Positions 21,599 through 32,283 of a stretch of 64,000 nt of DNA are shown here, piece by piece. The notes beneath the pieces are model-generated. The model searched no databases. It saw nothing but the letters and a program-made list of their open reading frames with translations, and was not told the DNA's origin. A program made the translations under genes and the position numbers. Positions within the stretch are counted from its first letter, which is position 1, and every line of letters starts with the position of its first letter. Source of the stretch: Alphaproteobacteria bacterium (GTDB lineage: Bacteria; Pseudomonadota; Alphaproteobacteria; MPNO01); NCBI GenBank assembly GCA_963422565.1, contig OY730228.1:2889492-2953491 (forward strand), in the 5' to 3' direction.

Positions 21599-22970
21599 GG
21601 AACCAGAGTCCTCCGTTGGCGCTCAGTACGTCGCGGGTAGCTTTCAGGTAGAAGCTGTCAGAGACCGCCTCGTCGAGGCGCTCGTCCTCGATCTGGGCGA
21701 CATAGATGGCAGCGTTCCATGCCGCGAACAAGGTCGAGGTTCCGATATTCGACCCCTCGATCTCGGTCGGCAGGGTGTGCATGTCGTAGCGGAAGATCGC
21801 CCGTCGATCCGAATAGGCGTTGTATTTGAGGTCGCGCCGCGTTTTGCCGATCTCCGCCTTTAATGTCTTCAACAGCAGATGACGGTCGGTCCGGAAGGGC
21901 TGCTCCTCCGGCCAGATCCGGCGAATGATCTCCATGCCGGGATCGCCGCCGCAGGACTGGATGCAGAGCAACCTGCCGCCCGGGGCGAGGCTCCTGGCCA
22001 ACGGCGTGAGAACCCGCCGCACCTTGAACTCAGCCGGCATCCGCGCGCGGTAGGGCTGGGAGGCGATGATCAGGTCGTAGTCGGCCATCGCCCGGCCGGG
22101 TCTCGGGATGACCCCGTCGAGCAGGAATTTGTGATCCTCCCGGTAGAGGACCAGGACCGAGGGGCGGACATAGAGCGGATTGCCCGTCCTGGGGCTCGAT
22201 CGGACACGCCAACTCTCGGACAGCAGCGGCTGGAGCGACGAGATCTGTTCGTGGAACTCGTGCGCGGTGTTCCCCGACAGCGGGGTGTCCATCCAGTTCA
22301 GCGCCGCCGCCGCCCGCATCGTGCGCGGCGTCAGACCGGGCGCTTCGGTGTAGTGGAGATTGGTGACCACGAGGACCGTCGCCGGATGCTCGAAGAAGCG
22401 GTCGGACATCTTCTCGAGGCTGAGCCTCACGTCCTCGAGAGAGATCTCCTTGCCGACGATATAGAAGGGCAGGGTCGGGAACCGCCGGTGCATCCGCCGC
22501 ATGACGCCGGTCAGCACCGTGCCGTCGCCCATTCCGGCATCGAAGAGCTTGAGCGCGGGGGGGTGGGGCTGCACCTGGCCGAGCTCCATGCCGGCGCGCT
22601 CGGCAACCACCCATTTTTCGCTGCAGGTGTTGACGAACATCAGATATTTCTGACGGTTGTCGTAGAAGCGAAAGGCGGTCCGGTCGGCGCCCCGCGTCTG
22701 GCCCTCGCGCGGCGTCGGCTCGGCGGTGGGAGCGGTCGGCGCATCTCCGTCGGGCGCCGCGCTGTTGTCGGCGAGATAGCGCCGGACCTGCGAGATTTCT
22801 TCGGCGGCGGCCGCTGTGCCGCCGCGCAGCCGGCTCAGGAACGCGTCGTCGTCGAGCGCCTGCTTGCCGAAGGCCCGCGCGTCGAGACCGCGGTCCCGGC
22901 AGAAGGCCTCGATATCCGAGATGAGTCGTTGCCGTTCATCCATGACACCGTCCCGAATAGCCGTCGACAC
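21561..22970 (-). CDS. hypothetical protein with Rossmann/SAM-methyltransferase-like motifs
   Basis: The 469-aa ORF starts MSTAIRDGVMDERQRLISDIEAFCRDRGLDARAF, then has an Ala/Pro linker. Its core carries LFDAGMGDGTVL (motif-I-like), DLIIASQPY and LAPGGRLLCIQ. It overlaps the downstream metF-like start by 38 bp. I did not recognise a family. Confidence 0.6.
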   Translation of the reverse strand: MSTAIRDGVMDERQRLISDIEAFCRDRGLDARAFGKQALDDDAFLSRLRGGTAAAAEEISQVRRYLADNSAAPDGDAPTAPTAEPTPREGQTRGADRTAFRFYDNRQKYLMFVNTCSEKWVVAERAGMELGQVQPHPPALKLFDAGMGDGTVLTGVMRRMHRRFPTLPFYIVGKEISLEDVRLSLEKMSDRFFEHPATVLVVTNLHYTEAPGLTPRTMRAAAALNWMDTPLSGNTAHEFHEQISSLQPLLSESWRVRSSPRTGNPLYVRPSVLVLYREDHKFLLDGVIPRPGRAMADYDLIIASQPYRARMPAEFKVRRVLTPLARSLAPGGRLLCIQSCGGDPGMEIIRRIWPEEQPFRTDRHLLLKTLKAEIGKTRRDLKYNAYSDRRAIFRYDMHTLPTEIEGSNIGTSTLFAAWNAAIYVAQIEDERLDEAVSDSFYLKATRDVLSANGGLWFHDESFVVSRRRD

Positions 22971-23232
22971 CGGTCATTATGGCGAAGCGCCGCGCTAGGC
23001 CAACGCCGCCGTGCCGCGGCCGGCGACGAAGGACCGGTTGGACCGGATGCAAGGGCTTGGCCTGGAACCCACCATCGGCCGCGAGCGCGATCCTCCGCTT
23101 CCCGGAGCGCGCCACGCACGACGCGCGCAGCCGGGTCGCCAAGAGCCGTTGACAAGCTCCCCGACAGAAGCATATATTGCGAATTAGTCCAATGAAATCA
23201 GTAGATTGTAATCCAGAAAACCTTCTGATCGA

Positions 23233-24576
<1,344 letters not shown>

Positions 24577-24622
24577 TGGCGACGATGTCCGGCGCCCTAC
24601 GCCCCGCCGGCGGGGTCGAAGA

Positions 24623-25273
24623 ATGTCGCGGCTGACCCCCGAGATCCTGCTACAGGCATACGCGGTCGGCCTGTTCCCGATGGCGGAGCGGCGCGACGAC
24701 CCGACCCTCTACTGGATCGACCCCGAGAAGCGCGGCATTCTTCCTCTCGATGCCGTCCACATCCCCCGCCGGCTGAGCCGCACCGTGCGCGGCGGTGTCT
24801 TCGAAGTCCGCTGCGACACGGCCTTCGATCGAGTCATCGCCGCCTGCGCCGCGCCCGGGGTGAACCGCGGCGAGACCTGGATCAACGACGAGATCATTGA
24901 GCTCTACGGTGCGCTGCACCGGATGGGGCGCGCCCATTCCGTCGAATGCTGGCGGGACGGCGGTCTGGCAGGCGGGTTGTACGGCGTGTCGCTCGGGGCC
25001 GCGTTCTTCGGCGAGAGTATGTTCTCGCGGGTCCGCGACGCGAGCAAGGTCGCACTCGTCCATCTGGTCGCGAGGTTGCGCCTGGGCGGTTTCAGACTGC
25101 TCGATGTCCAGTTCGTGACCCCGCATCTCGGCCGGTTCGGCGCCGTGGAGCTGCACCGGTCGGGCTACCGTCAGATCCTCGCCGACGCCCTCGACCGCAG
25201 CGCGACCTTCTACCGGGAGCTTCCCTCCTCGGCACTCGCCGCGGTCCTGCAGCCGACGACCCAGACGTCGTAG
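24623..25273 (+). CDS. aat: leucyl/phenylalanyl-tRNA--protein transferase
   Basis: ATG at 24623 gives [51 protein letters not shown]...[30 protein letters not shown], the Aat signature. The 22-aa ORF-track N-extension is Arg-rich. Confidence 0.9.
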   Translation: MSRLTPEILLQAYAVGLFPMAERRDDPTLYWIDPEKRGILPLDAVHIPRRLSRTVRGGVFEVRCDTAFDRVIAACAAPGVNRGETWINDEIIELYGALHRMGRAHSVECWRDGGLAGGLYGVSLGAAFFGESMFSRVRDASKVALVHLVARLRLGGFRLLDVQFVTPHLGRFGAVELHRSGYRQILADALDRSATFYRELPSSALAAVLQPTTQTS

Positions 25274-25598
25274 ACGGGGTGTTCCAGACTGGACAGCGCC
25301 GGGCTCGACGCGAACATCCAGCCGCTGAAGACGCGCTTCGGCGGCCGGCGCTGGCGCAGCTCGTCGATTTCCAGAAAGGCGGTCGTCTCCGGAGGCTGCT
25401 CGGGCGGTCTTTCGCGGCAGTAGCGGGCGGCGATCCTGAGCGTGCCGAAGTCGACGACACCCTCGACGGCGCCTCGATGGTGAAGATCCGGGCCGTCACC
25501 TTGTCCAGACCTCGCAAGACCGCGACGCGGGTCTCGGCCGCAACCGGCCAACAGGCCAGCGCCGCCAGAACGGAAAGGACGATCCCCCCGCCGTTCAT
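25210..25598 (-). CDS. DUF2155-family secreted protein, interrupted by a 1-nt frameshift near 25465-25472
   Basis: ATG at 25598..25596 overlaps the upstream methyltransferase stop as ATGA. It gives a signal peptide [44 protein letters not shown] in one frame. The protein continues as [41 protein letters not shown]... in the +1 frame, down to 25210. The junction lies in gcgcc|gtcgag. Confidence 0.6.
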
Positions 25599-26380
25599 CC
25601 GCCTTCGCCACAGCTGGGCTTGAAGGCGCGGAACCGCAGCCGCACATAGTCCGCGACCCAGCCCGCCGCCGGATCGTAGATCTGCGGGCGCAGGATCTCC
25701 CGCACCCGGTCGACCACCGCCGGGCGGTCCGCGGCGTCCAGCGCCAGCAGCACCCGTTCGGCAAAGGTCTCCAGCCAAGCGGCGATGTCGCCCGGCAGCC
25801 TGGTCGGCCTCTCGATCAGCTCGATCGACGCGACCGCGAAGCCTCGGGCCTCGAGGCGGTCGCGATACTCCTCGACGGAGGGGAAGTACCAGCGGAACAG
25901 CGCCGCCGCGTCGACTCCGCAGGGCGCCGCGGCGGTCTCCAGCGCCTCGCGGATGCGCCGGACATTGCCCTCGCCGCCCATCTCTCCCACCACCCTGCCG
26001 CCCGGGCGCAGAGCGCGCCAGATGCCCTCGATCACCGCGTCGGGCCGGGCCATCCAGTGGAGGGCGGCGTTGGTGAAGACCGCGTCGAAGGCCGCCTCGA
26101 AGCGCAGATCGTGCCCATCGACGACACGAGCATCGAGGCTGCGCGCGCGGGCCGCGGCGACCTGCTCCGGGCTCGCGTCCACGCCGACGACCGCCTTGCA
26201 CCGCCCGGCGAGCTCCGCGGTGAGCGCGCCGTCCCCGCATCCCAGATCGAGGATCTCCTCATGCGGGCGCGGTTCCAGCAGATCGATCAGCGGTGCGCCG
26301 AGCTCGGCGACGAAGCGTGCATTCCGCGCATAGCGGTCGGGGTCCCAGGACTGATCGGAAGCTCGTTCATGTCTCGTCAT
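25595..26380 (-). CDS. class I SAM-dependent methyltransferase (trans-aconitate methyltransferase-like)
   Basis: The sequence has ILDLGCGDGALTAEL...VVGVDASPEQV...FDAVFTNAALHWM...LRPGGRVV, methyltransferase motifs I to III. Confidence 0.88.
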   Translation of the reverse strand: MTRHERASDQSWDPDRYARNARFVAELGAPLIDLLEPRPHEEILDLGCGDGALTAELAGRCKAVVGVDASPEQVAAARARSLDARVVDGHDLRFEAAFDAVFTNAALHWMARPDAVIEGIWRALRPGGRVVGEMGGEGNVRRIREALETAAAPCGVDAAALFRWYFPSVEEYRDRLEARGFAVASIELIERPTRLPGDIAAWLETFAERVLLALDAADRPAVVDRVREILRPQIYDPAAGWVADYVRLRFRAFKPSCGEGG

Positions 26381-26398
26381 CGACCCCGCCGTTCCGAC

Positions 26399-26872
26399 TC
26401 ATCGGCCGGCGATCCCGCCGCCCGCGTCGTCGTCCGCCTGCCCGAAAAACGCGCGGCCGAGCAGGGAGTAGAGGTCGACGGCGCCCTGGGTGGTCTCGAT
26501 CTCTCCTCCGGCGGCGATCATCTCCTCCGCGCCGCCCGGGGAGAGGGTCACATATTTGTCGCCGAGCAGCCCGTCCGTCGAGATCGCCGCCGACGTGTCC
26601 TCGGGCAGTTCGATGGAATCGTCGATGGCCAGCGTCAGGACCGCCAGATAGGAAACCGGATCGAGCGCCTGCGCGACCACGGTGCCGATCTTGATGCCGC
26701 TCATCTGCACGTCGCTCCCGCGGCGAATGCCGTCGATCCGGTCGAATTTCGCGGTCACGCGGTAGCCGTCCACGGCGTCCACATCCGCGCTGTCATAGGC
26801 GAATACGAGAAAGAGGACGGCGACCGCGACCACGACGGCGCCGGCCACCGTCTCGATCGAGCTTCGTTGCAT
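26399..26872 (-). CDS. mlaD: outer-membrane lipid asymmetry maintenance protein MlaD (MCE domain)
   Basis: The sequence reads MQRSSIETVAGAVVVAVAVLFLVFAYDS...YRVTAKFDRIDGIRRGSDVQMSGIKIGTV, an N-terminal TM helix followed by an MCE domain. Confidence 0.85.
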   Translation of the reverse strand: MQRSSIETVAGAVVVAVAVLFLVFAYDSADVDAVDGYRVTAKFDRIDGIRRGSDVQMSGIKIGTVVAQALDPVSYLAVLTLAIDDSIELPEDTSAAISTDGLLGDKYVTLSPGGAEEMIAAGGEIETTQGAVDLYSLLGRAFFGQADDDAGGGIAGR

Positions 26873-26927
26873 GCGGCGAGGGTCCTTCCGGTGCGCGGGG
26901 GGTCAGGCTCTCCGGCCCGCTACCGTA

Positions 26928-27284
26928 TCACGGCGGCTGCCAGGGCTGGTATTCGCTGCGCGCCCGCGCGCGCCGCGCGCCCATCAGAAGATGGCCCGAA
27001 GGACGATAGGCCGCCACCGTGCCGGTGGCGTTGGGGCGATGGGGCTTCTGCCATCCGCGCCTCGGGCCGCCGTCCGCCGCCGGCACCCGGTCGGTGGTGT
27101 GGTGGAGCCAAGCATGCCATTCCGGCGGCACGCGCGAGGCCTCGACTGTCCCCTCATAGATCACCCAACGGCGCTCCCGGCCGCTGGCGGGTCTGGATTT
27201 CTGGCGGTAGTAGCGGTTGCCCGCATCGTCGCGGCCGACCGGATCGCCAGTCCACCAGGTGAAGATCCGCGTCCCGATCGTCAT
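26928..27284 (-). CDS. NADH:ubiquinone oxidoreductase subunit NDUFA12-like protein
   Basis: ATG at 27284..27282 gives MTIGTRIFTWWTGDPVGRDDAGNRYYRQKSRPASGRERRWVIYEGTVEASRVPPEWHAWLHHTTDRVP, a canonical NDUFA12-family sequence. It is embedded in a spurious 704-aa ORF on the track. Confidence 0.88.
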   Translation of the reverse strand: MTIGTRIFTWWTGDPVGRDDAGNRYYRQKSRPASGRERRWVIYEGTVEASRVPPEWHAWLHHTTDRVPAADGGPRRGWQKPHRPNATGTVAAYRPSGHLLMGARRARARSEYQPWQPP

Positions 27285-27455
27285 CGGACCTCCCGACCCG
27301 AACTCGTCCGCCTCTCCTGCGGCCGCGACTATCGCAGCAGCGGCCGGCGCCGTCCAGACGGTGTTTCGCCAACCCGTCCCGGTTTGGCTTGCCATGCTTC
27401 GTCCGACGGCATTGAATGCGTGGAGCGCGACGGATCGGACGAACGGGAGAACGCG

Positions 27456-27920
27456 ATGTCTGGACGAATCGAGGCTCGGCTCCGCGAGATCGGCATCGAG
27501 CTTCCGGCGCCTTCCCTGCCGCAAGCCAACTACGTCCCGTTCGTCAGGACCGGCAACCAGCTGTTCATCGCCGGCCAGATCCCGGTGATCGACGGCCGGA
27601 TCGTCACCGGCAAGCTGGGCGCCGGGCTCGACGTTTCGGCCGGTCGGGAGGCGGCGCGGGCCTGCGCGCTCAGCCTGATCGCCCATGCCAGGACCGCCTG
27701 CGGCGGCGACCTCGACCGGGTCGTCCGCTGGGTGAAGCTCGGCGGGTTCGTACAGGGAACGCCCGATTTCACGGACGCCCCTCGGGTCGTCAACGGCGCC
27801 TCGGATCTGCTGGTCGAGCTGTTCGGAGAGGCCGGCAAGCACGCCCGCTTCGCTGTCGCGGTCGCCTGCTTGCCGCTGGATTCGGCGGTGGAGATCGACG
27901 CGGTTCTCGAGATCGGCTAG
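27456..27920 (+). CDS. RidA/YjgF-family protein
   Basis: ATG at 27456 gives MSGRIEARLREIGIELPAPSLPQANYVPFVRTGNQLFIAGQIPVIDGRIVTGKLG...FAVAVACLPLDSAVEIDAVLEI, typical of RidA. Confidence 0.88.
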   Translation: MSGRIEARLREIGIELPAPSLPQANYVPFVRTGNQLFIAGQIPVIDGRIVTGKLGAGLDVSAGREAARACALSLIAHARTACGGDLDRVVRWVKLGGFVQGTPDFTDAPRVVNGASDLLVELFGEAGKHARFAVAVACLPLDSAVEIDAVLEIG

Positions 27921-27929
27921 GCGGGCGCG

Positions 27930-29105
27930 ATGCCGGACGGCGGCTCCGCGATCACCGTCAAGGTCTATGGCGGGATATCTGAGATCGCGGCCCAGGAATG
28001 GGATGTCTGCGCCGGGGCCGACAACCCCTTCGTCTCGCACGCGTTCCTCGACGTGGCCGAGCGCAGCGGTTCCGCCTGCCCCGAAACCGGTTGGCTTCCC
28101 TGCCATGTCGGGATCGAAGGGGCGGACGGACGGCTCATCGGCGCGGTCCCCTGCTATCTGAAGGGTCACTCCTACGGCGAGTACGTGTTCGACTGGGGTT
28201 GGGCCGAGGCGTTCGAGCGCGCAGGCGGGCGGTACTACCCCAAGCTCCAGGCCTCCGTCCCCTTCACCCCGGTCGCCGGTCCGCGGTTGCTGGTACGGCC
28301 CGGAGAGGACGCCCCGCGAATCCGCGAAATGCTGACCGCGGGGCTGGTCGAGATCGCCAAGCGTCACGGCGTCTCGTCGCTCCATATCACCTTCTGCGCG
28401 GAGGACGAATGGCGCGAGCTCGGCGATGCCGGTCTGCTGCAACGGATGGGACAGCAGTTCCACTGGCACAACCGGGGCTATGAGACCTTCGACGATTTTC
28501 TTGCCGCGCTGTCCTCGCGCAAGCGCAAGGCCATCCGCAGGGAGCGCCGCGTGGCCAACGAGGGCGGGCTCGTCATCGAGACGCTGACCGGCGCTGCGCT
28601 GCAGGAACGCCATATGGACGCCTTCTACGGCTTCTATCTCAATACCGTCGAACGCAAATGGGCGCACGCCTATCTCAACGCCGCGTTCTTTCAGCTGCTC
28701 CGCGAACGGCTGGCCGACAGCCTCGTGCTGGTGATGGCGTCGGATGGCGGGCGCTATGTGGGCGGCGCTCTGAACCTGCTGGGCGGCGACACGCTGTACG
28801 GGCGCAACTGGGGCTGCGAGGCGCGCTACCGGATGCTCTATTTCGAGGCCTGCTTCTACCGGGCGATCGATTTCGCGATCGCCCGGGGCCTGGCGCGGGT
28901 CGAGGCCGGCGCCCAGGGGCCGCACAAGATTCAACGCGGCTATCTCCCCAGCCCGACCTACAGCGCCCACTGGATCCGGGAGCCCCGGTTTCGCAAGGCG
29001 GTCGGCGATTTCCTCGGTCGCGAACGCGCGATGATCGGCCACGAGATGGACATGCTGGGCGAACGCGGCCCCTACCGCAGGGACCGCCCGGACGGCATCA
29101 TCTGA
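27930..29105 (+). CDS. GNAT-fold N-acyltransferase (FemAB/BioF2-like, DUF482 family)
   Basis: The 391-aa ORF has HAFLDVAERSGSA...GHSYGEYVFDWGWAEAFERAGGRYYPKLQ...YLNTVERKWAHAY...LNLLGGDTLYGRNWG, a conserved DUF482 acyltransferase-like protein. Confidence 0.8.
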   Translation: MPDGGSAITVKVYGGISEIAAQEWDVCAGADNPFVSHAFLDVAERSGSACPETGWLPCHVGIEGADGRLIGAVPCYLKGHSYGEYVFDWGWAEAFERAGGRYYPKLQASVPFTPVAGPRLLVRPGEDAPRIREMLTAGLVEIAKRHGVSSLHITFCAEDEWRELGDAGLLQRMGQQFHWHNRGYETFDDFLAALSSRKRKAIRRERRVANEGGLVIETLTGAALQERHMDAFYGFYLNTVERKWAHAYLNAAFFQLLRERLADSLVLVMASDGGRYVGGALNLLGGDTLYGRNWGCEARYRMLYFEACFYRAIDFAIARGLARVEAGAQGPHKIQRGYLPSPTYSAHWIREPRFRKAVGDFLGRERAMIGHEMDMLGERGPYRRDRPDGII

Positions 29106-30543
29106 GCTTGCCGGGGAGCCAGGTCGCGACCTCGGGCACGACGATCAGGAGGATCAGCACCGCGAGCTCGATCAGAATGAAAGGCATGGCGGACATCACG
29201 ACCTGTCCGAGGGTGACGTTGAACGGCGCCACCCCCTTCATCACATAGAGCAGGAGACCGAACGGCGGCGTGAGAAGGCTGATCTCCATGGTGATCAGCA
29301 TCAGCACCATCAGCCAGATCACGTCGATCTGGAACACCGCCTGGAGCGATTGCGCGCCGAGCAGGAAGAACGGCAGGGTGAGCAGAAGCATGCTCACCTG
29401 GTCCATGAAGGCGCCGAGGAACAGCAGCACCGCCATCATGATGATCACCACCGCGAGGGGGGTCAGATCCATCGCGGTCACCGCCCGCAGCAACCCGTCG
29501 GTCGCGCCGGAATTGGACAGCGCCTGGCTGAACACGAGCGATCCCGCGATGATGAACAGGATCATCACGTTGATCTTTGCGGTTTCCATCAGCGACTTGG
29601 CGATCGCCCGCCAGTCGAAGTCGGCGCCGTCGATGCCGGTGACAGTCACGATGCGGCGGAACAGCTTGAAGAAGTAGCAGGCGGCCAGTGCGGCGAGACA
29701 GCCGAGCGCTGCGGCCTCCGTCGGCGCCGCGATCTTGAAGAAGATGCTGCCGACGACCACCACGAAGATGATCATCAGAGGCAGGATGTAGAGCAGGAAC
29801 GGGAGCACCCGGTTGACCGCCTGGCGGTAGCGGCCGCCATAGGTCCACGACCAGCGGGTCGCCCCGGCAAGGTTGAGCGCCACCGTCACCGGCTTGTCGA
29901 TCTCGCCGGTATCCGGCGCGTAGGCGGGCGCAAGCGCCGGTTCGATCAGGCAGCGCCCGACGACATAGGCGAAGAACAGCACGGCCATCAGGATGCCGGG
30001 GACGATGCCGGCGATCAGCAACAGCGCCACCGACTGCTCGGCGAGGCTTGCCAGCAGGACCGCGAGCGCCGAGGGCGGGATCAGCATCGCGATGCCGCCG
30101 ACCGCCATGATCGGCCCCATGGCGATCGACGGCCGGTAGCCGCGCTTGACCATGTCGGGCAGCAGCACCGAACCGAGAATCGCGGTGTTGGCGATGGTCG
30201 AGCCCGACAGCGAGGAGAAGATCGTCCCGCCGACGATGGAGACCACCGAGAGCCGGCCGGGTACGCGCGCGATCATCCGGTCGATCGCCCCGATCGCCTT
30301 GAATGCCACCCCGGTCTGGAGAAGTATCTCGCCCATCAGCAGGAACAGCGGGATCGGCGCCAGCGTGAACTTGATCGCGTTGTGGAACTCGGCCGGCATG
30401 AACACCAGCCCGATATCGCCGTTGATGAAAAGCGCCGTGCCGAGCACGTTCGCGGCGAAGAAGGCGAACGCGACCGGCATGCCGAGGAACATCGCGGTGC
30501 ACACCGTCCCGAGCAGCAGAATCAAGGCGTAGTACCATTCCAT
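29098..30543 (-). CDS. dctM: TRAP transporter large permease
   Basis: The 481-aa ORF is a polytopic membrane protein with MEWYYALILLLGTVCTAMFLGMPVAFAF...GIAMLIPPS, matching the DctM family. Confidence 0.92.
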   Translation of the reverse strand: MEWYYALILLLGTVCTAMFLGMPVAFAFFAANVLGTALFINGDIGLVFMPAEFHNAIKFTLAPIPLFLLMGEILLQTGVAFKAIGAIDRMIARVPGRLSVVSIVGGTIFSSLSGSTIANTAILGSVLLPDMVKRGYRPSIAMGPIMAVGGIAMLIPPSALAVLLASLAEQSVALLLIAGIVPGILMAVLFFAYVVGRCLIEPALAPAYAPDTGEIDKPVTVALNLAGATRWSWTYGGRYRQAVNRVLPFLLYILPLMIIFVVVVGSIFFKIAAPTEAAALGCLAALAACYFFKLFRRIVTVTGIDGADFDWRAIAKSLMETAKINVMILFIIAGSLVFSQALSNSGATDGLLRAVTAMDLTPLAVVIIMMAVLLFLGAFMDQVSMLLLTLPFFLLGAQSLQAVFQIDVIWLMVLMLITMEISLLTPPFGLLLYVMKGVAPFNVTLGQVVMSAMPFILIELAVLILLIVVPEVATWLPGKLR

Positions 30544-30546
30544 GGC

Positions 30547-31068
30547 TCAGAACCCGGACCCGGCGGGGGCGCCCTCGTCCTCTGCGGCACCGTCCGCAGC
30601 CCGGCGGAAGCGGAGCATGAACTCGACCGCGAGCAGCAGGAACGAGAGCGCGAAGACGGCCATCATGTAACCGTTCTCTATCCGAAGGTCCTTGTCGGGC
30701 AGCGTGCCGTCCTCGAACTCGAGAAGCGTCGCGCGCAGGCCGTAGACCGACAGCAGCAGGCAGAGCAGAAACCCTGCGGCATCCAGGATCTTCTCGAGCC
30801 TGGCTGCCGCGCTCCCCGGAAGCGCCGCGATGACCACGTCGACGCGGATATGCGCGCCCTGGCGGAGCACCCAGGGCGCGCCGATGAAGACGCCGACATA
30901 GAGCGCATACTCGACCGCCTCGTAGAGCCAGGCCAAACTGCCCCATCCGACGAAGACCAGGAACAGGTTGAGCGGGATCAGAATCGCGAACAGGCCGATG
31001 GAGACGGCGACGGACGCGGCCAACCACCCGACGAAACGGGCGAACGCGGCGTCGATCCGGCGTCGCAT
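30547..31068 (-). CDS. dctQ: TRAP transporter small permease
   Basis: ATG at 31068..31066 gives MRRRIDAAFARFVGWLAASVAVSIGLFAILIPLNLFLVF..., a DctQ-like four-TM protein. The track's 44-aa N-extension is Ser/Arg-rich. Confidence 0.85.
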   Translation of the reverse strand: MRRRIDAAFARFVGWLAASVAVSIGLFAILIPLNLFLVFVGWGSLAWLYEAVEYALYVGVFIGAPWVLRQGAHIRVDVVIAALPGSAAARLEKILDAAGFLLCLLLSVYGLRATLLEFEDGTLPDKDLRIENGYMMAVFALSFLLLAVEFMLRFRRAADGAAEDEGAPAGSGF

Positions 31069-31162
31069 CCCGCGGCCCGCGCTCAACCGATACGGAAAAC
31101 CGGAGCCCGAGCGAGAACCGGCGCGCGGCGCCGGTTCCGTCGGCCGGGCCGCCCCGGCGCGG

Positions 31163-32143
31163 CTACTCCACGACGAACAGCTTGCGGAGCTTCGCCCCAT
31201 GTTCGGGGCTCCGCTTCAACACCTGGGCCCAGGCCGCATCCTGAGCCGTCTTCGACCATTTCTCGCCCTCGGCCCCGGTGAAAGCGACGGTCTTCATTCC
31301 CTCGCCGGCCATCCAGGCGATCTGCTTCTTGTATCGGGCCTGGAAAGCCGGTCCGGCCTGTTCGGCGTCGACTTCGAATTCGAGGCCGATTCTGCCGATC
31401 GCCGCGCGTGCCGCCTCGGACGCCTTCTTCCATGCCTTCAGGTTCGCCAATGTATGCAGCGTGGCGTTGTAGAAGCCGGGTTCGACCCGGAACTTGGCGA
31501 CCTTGATCCAAGCCGGCACCCAGCCTACCGCAGGCCAGCCGAAGCCCTGGACGGTTCCGTTCTCCATGTAGGTATAGACCTGCGCGATGTTCGAGAGTTG
31601 GGTAGTCGCGCCGAGCGCCTTGAAGAACGAGGTGTAGACCGGCGACACGCGGAGATGGAGGCCGGTCAGATCCGGCTTGGTGATCGGCTTCGACAGCCAA
31701 AGATAGAACGGGCCGTTATCGTCGTGACGGGCGATGAAGTGGAGATTCTTCGCGCCCATCAGGCGCTGCATATAGTCGATCGCCCCGTTTTCGCGCAGCT
31801 TGGCGTAGGTTGTGTTGCTCAGCCGCAACACCGGTGCCTCGGGCAGGACATTGCCGAAATAGGCTTCCGTGCAGCCGACCAAGTCATAGGCGCCCTTGGC
31901 CGTCTTCTGGGTCAGGGTGAAGGGGCTGCCGATCGCCGGCGCGCCGCCCCTGAGGTCGATCTCGACCGCGTCGCCGGCCTCGGCGTTTATCTTCTTGACC
32001 AACGCCTCGAAGGAACGGCCCGGCGGGCTGCCGATCGGGAAGCAGCTCGCGGCGGTCAGCGTCGTCGCGGCGGACGCCGGCGCCGCAAGACCGCAGACCG
32101 CCGCAACCGCGGCCGTATAGGCGAATCCGATATGCTTGGTCAT
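31163..32143 (-). CDS. dctP: TRAP transporter substrate-binding protein
   Basis: The sequence has a signal peptide MTKHIGFAYTAAVAAVCGLAAPASAA and DctP-family motifs. It completes a dctPQM operon. Confidence 0.9.
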   Translation of the reverse strand: MTKHIGFAYTAAVAAVCGLAAPASAATTLTAASCFPIGSPPGRSFEALVKKINAEAGDAVEIDLRGGAPAIGSPFTLTQKTAKGAYDLVGCTEAYFGNVLPEAPVLRLSNTTYAKLRENGAIDYMQRLMGAKNLHFIARHDDNGPFYLWLSKPITKPDLTGLHLRVSPVYTSFFKALGATTQLSNIAQVYTYMENGTVQGFGWPAVGWVPAWIKVAKFRVEPGFYNATLHTLANLKAWKKASEAARAAIGRIGLEFEVDAEQAGPAFQARYKKQIAWMAGEGMKTVAFTGAEGEKWSKTAQDAAWAQVLKRSPEHGAKLRKLFVVE

Positions 32144-32283
32144 CTGAAGCCTCCCCTGTCCATCTGCCGATCATGCCGGTAGTCCGATACCCGACCTTAC
32201 GCCGAAGCCCCTCGGGTTTCAAGCCGCGGGCGGCGGTCGGGATATCGGGCCGCTATCGAGCGGCGGCTCGACCGGCGAAACGC

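Noticed and set aside
26928-29042. 704-aa minus-strand ORF spanning the RidA and GNAT acyltransferase loci
   Set aside because: Only its last 118 aa (26928-27284) form a real NDUFA12-like protein. The rest is Arg/Pro/Gly-rich antisense sequence of the well-supported plus-strand ridA and acyltransferase genes.
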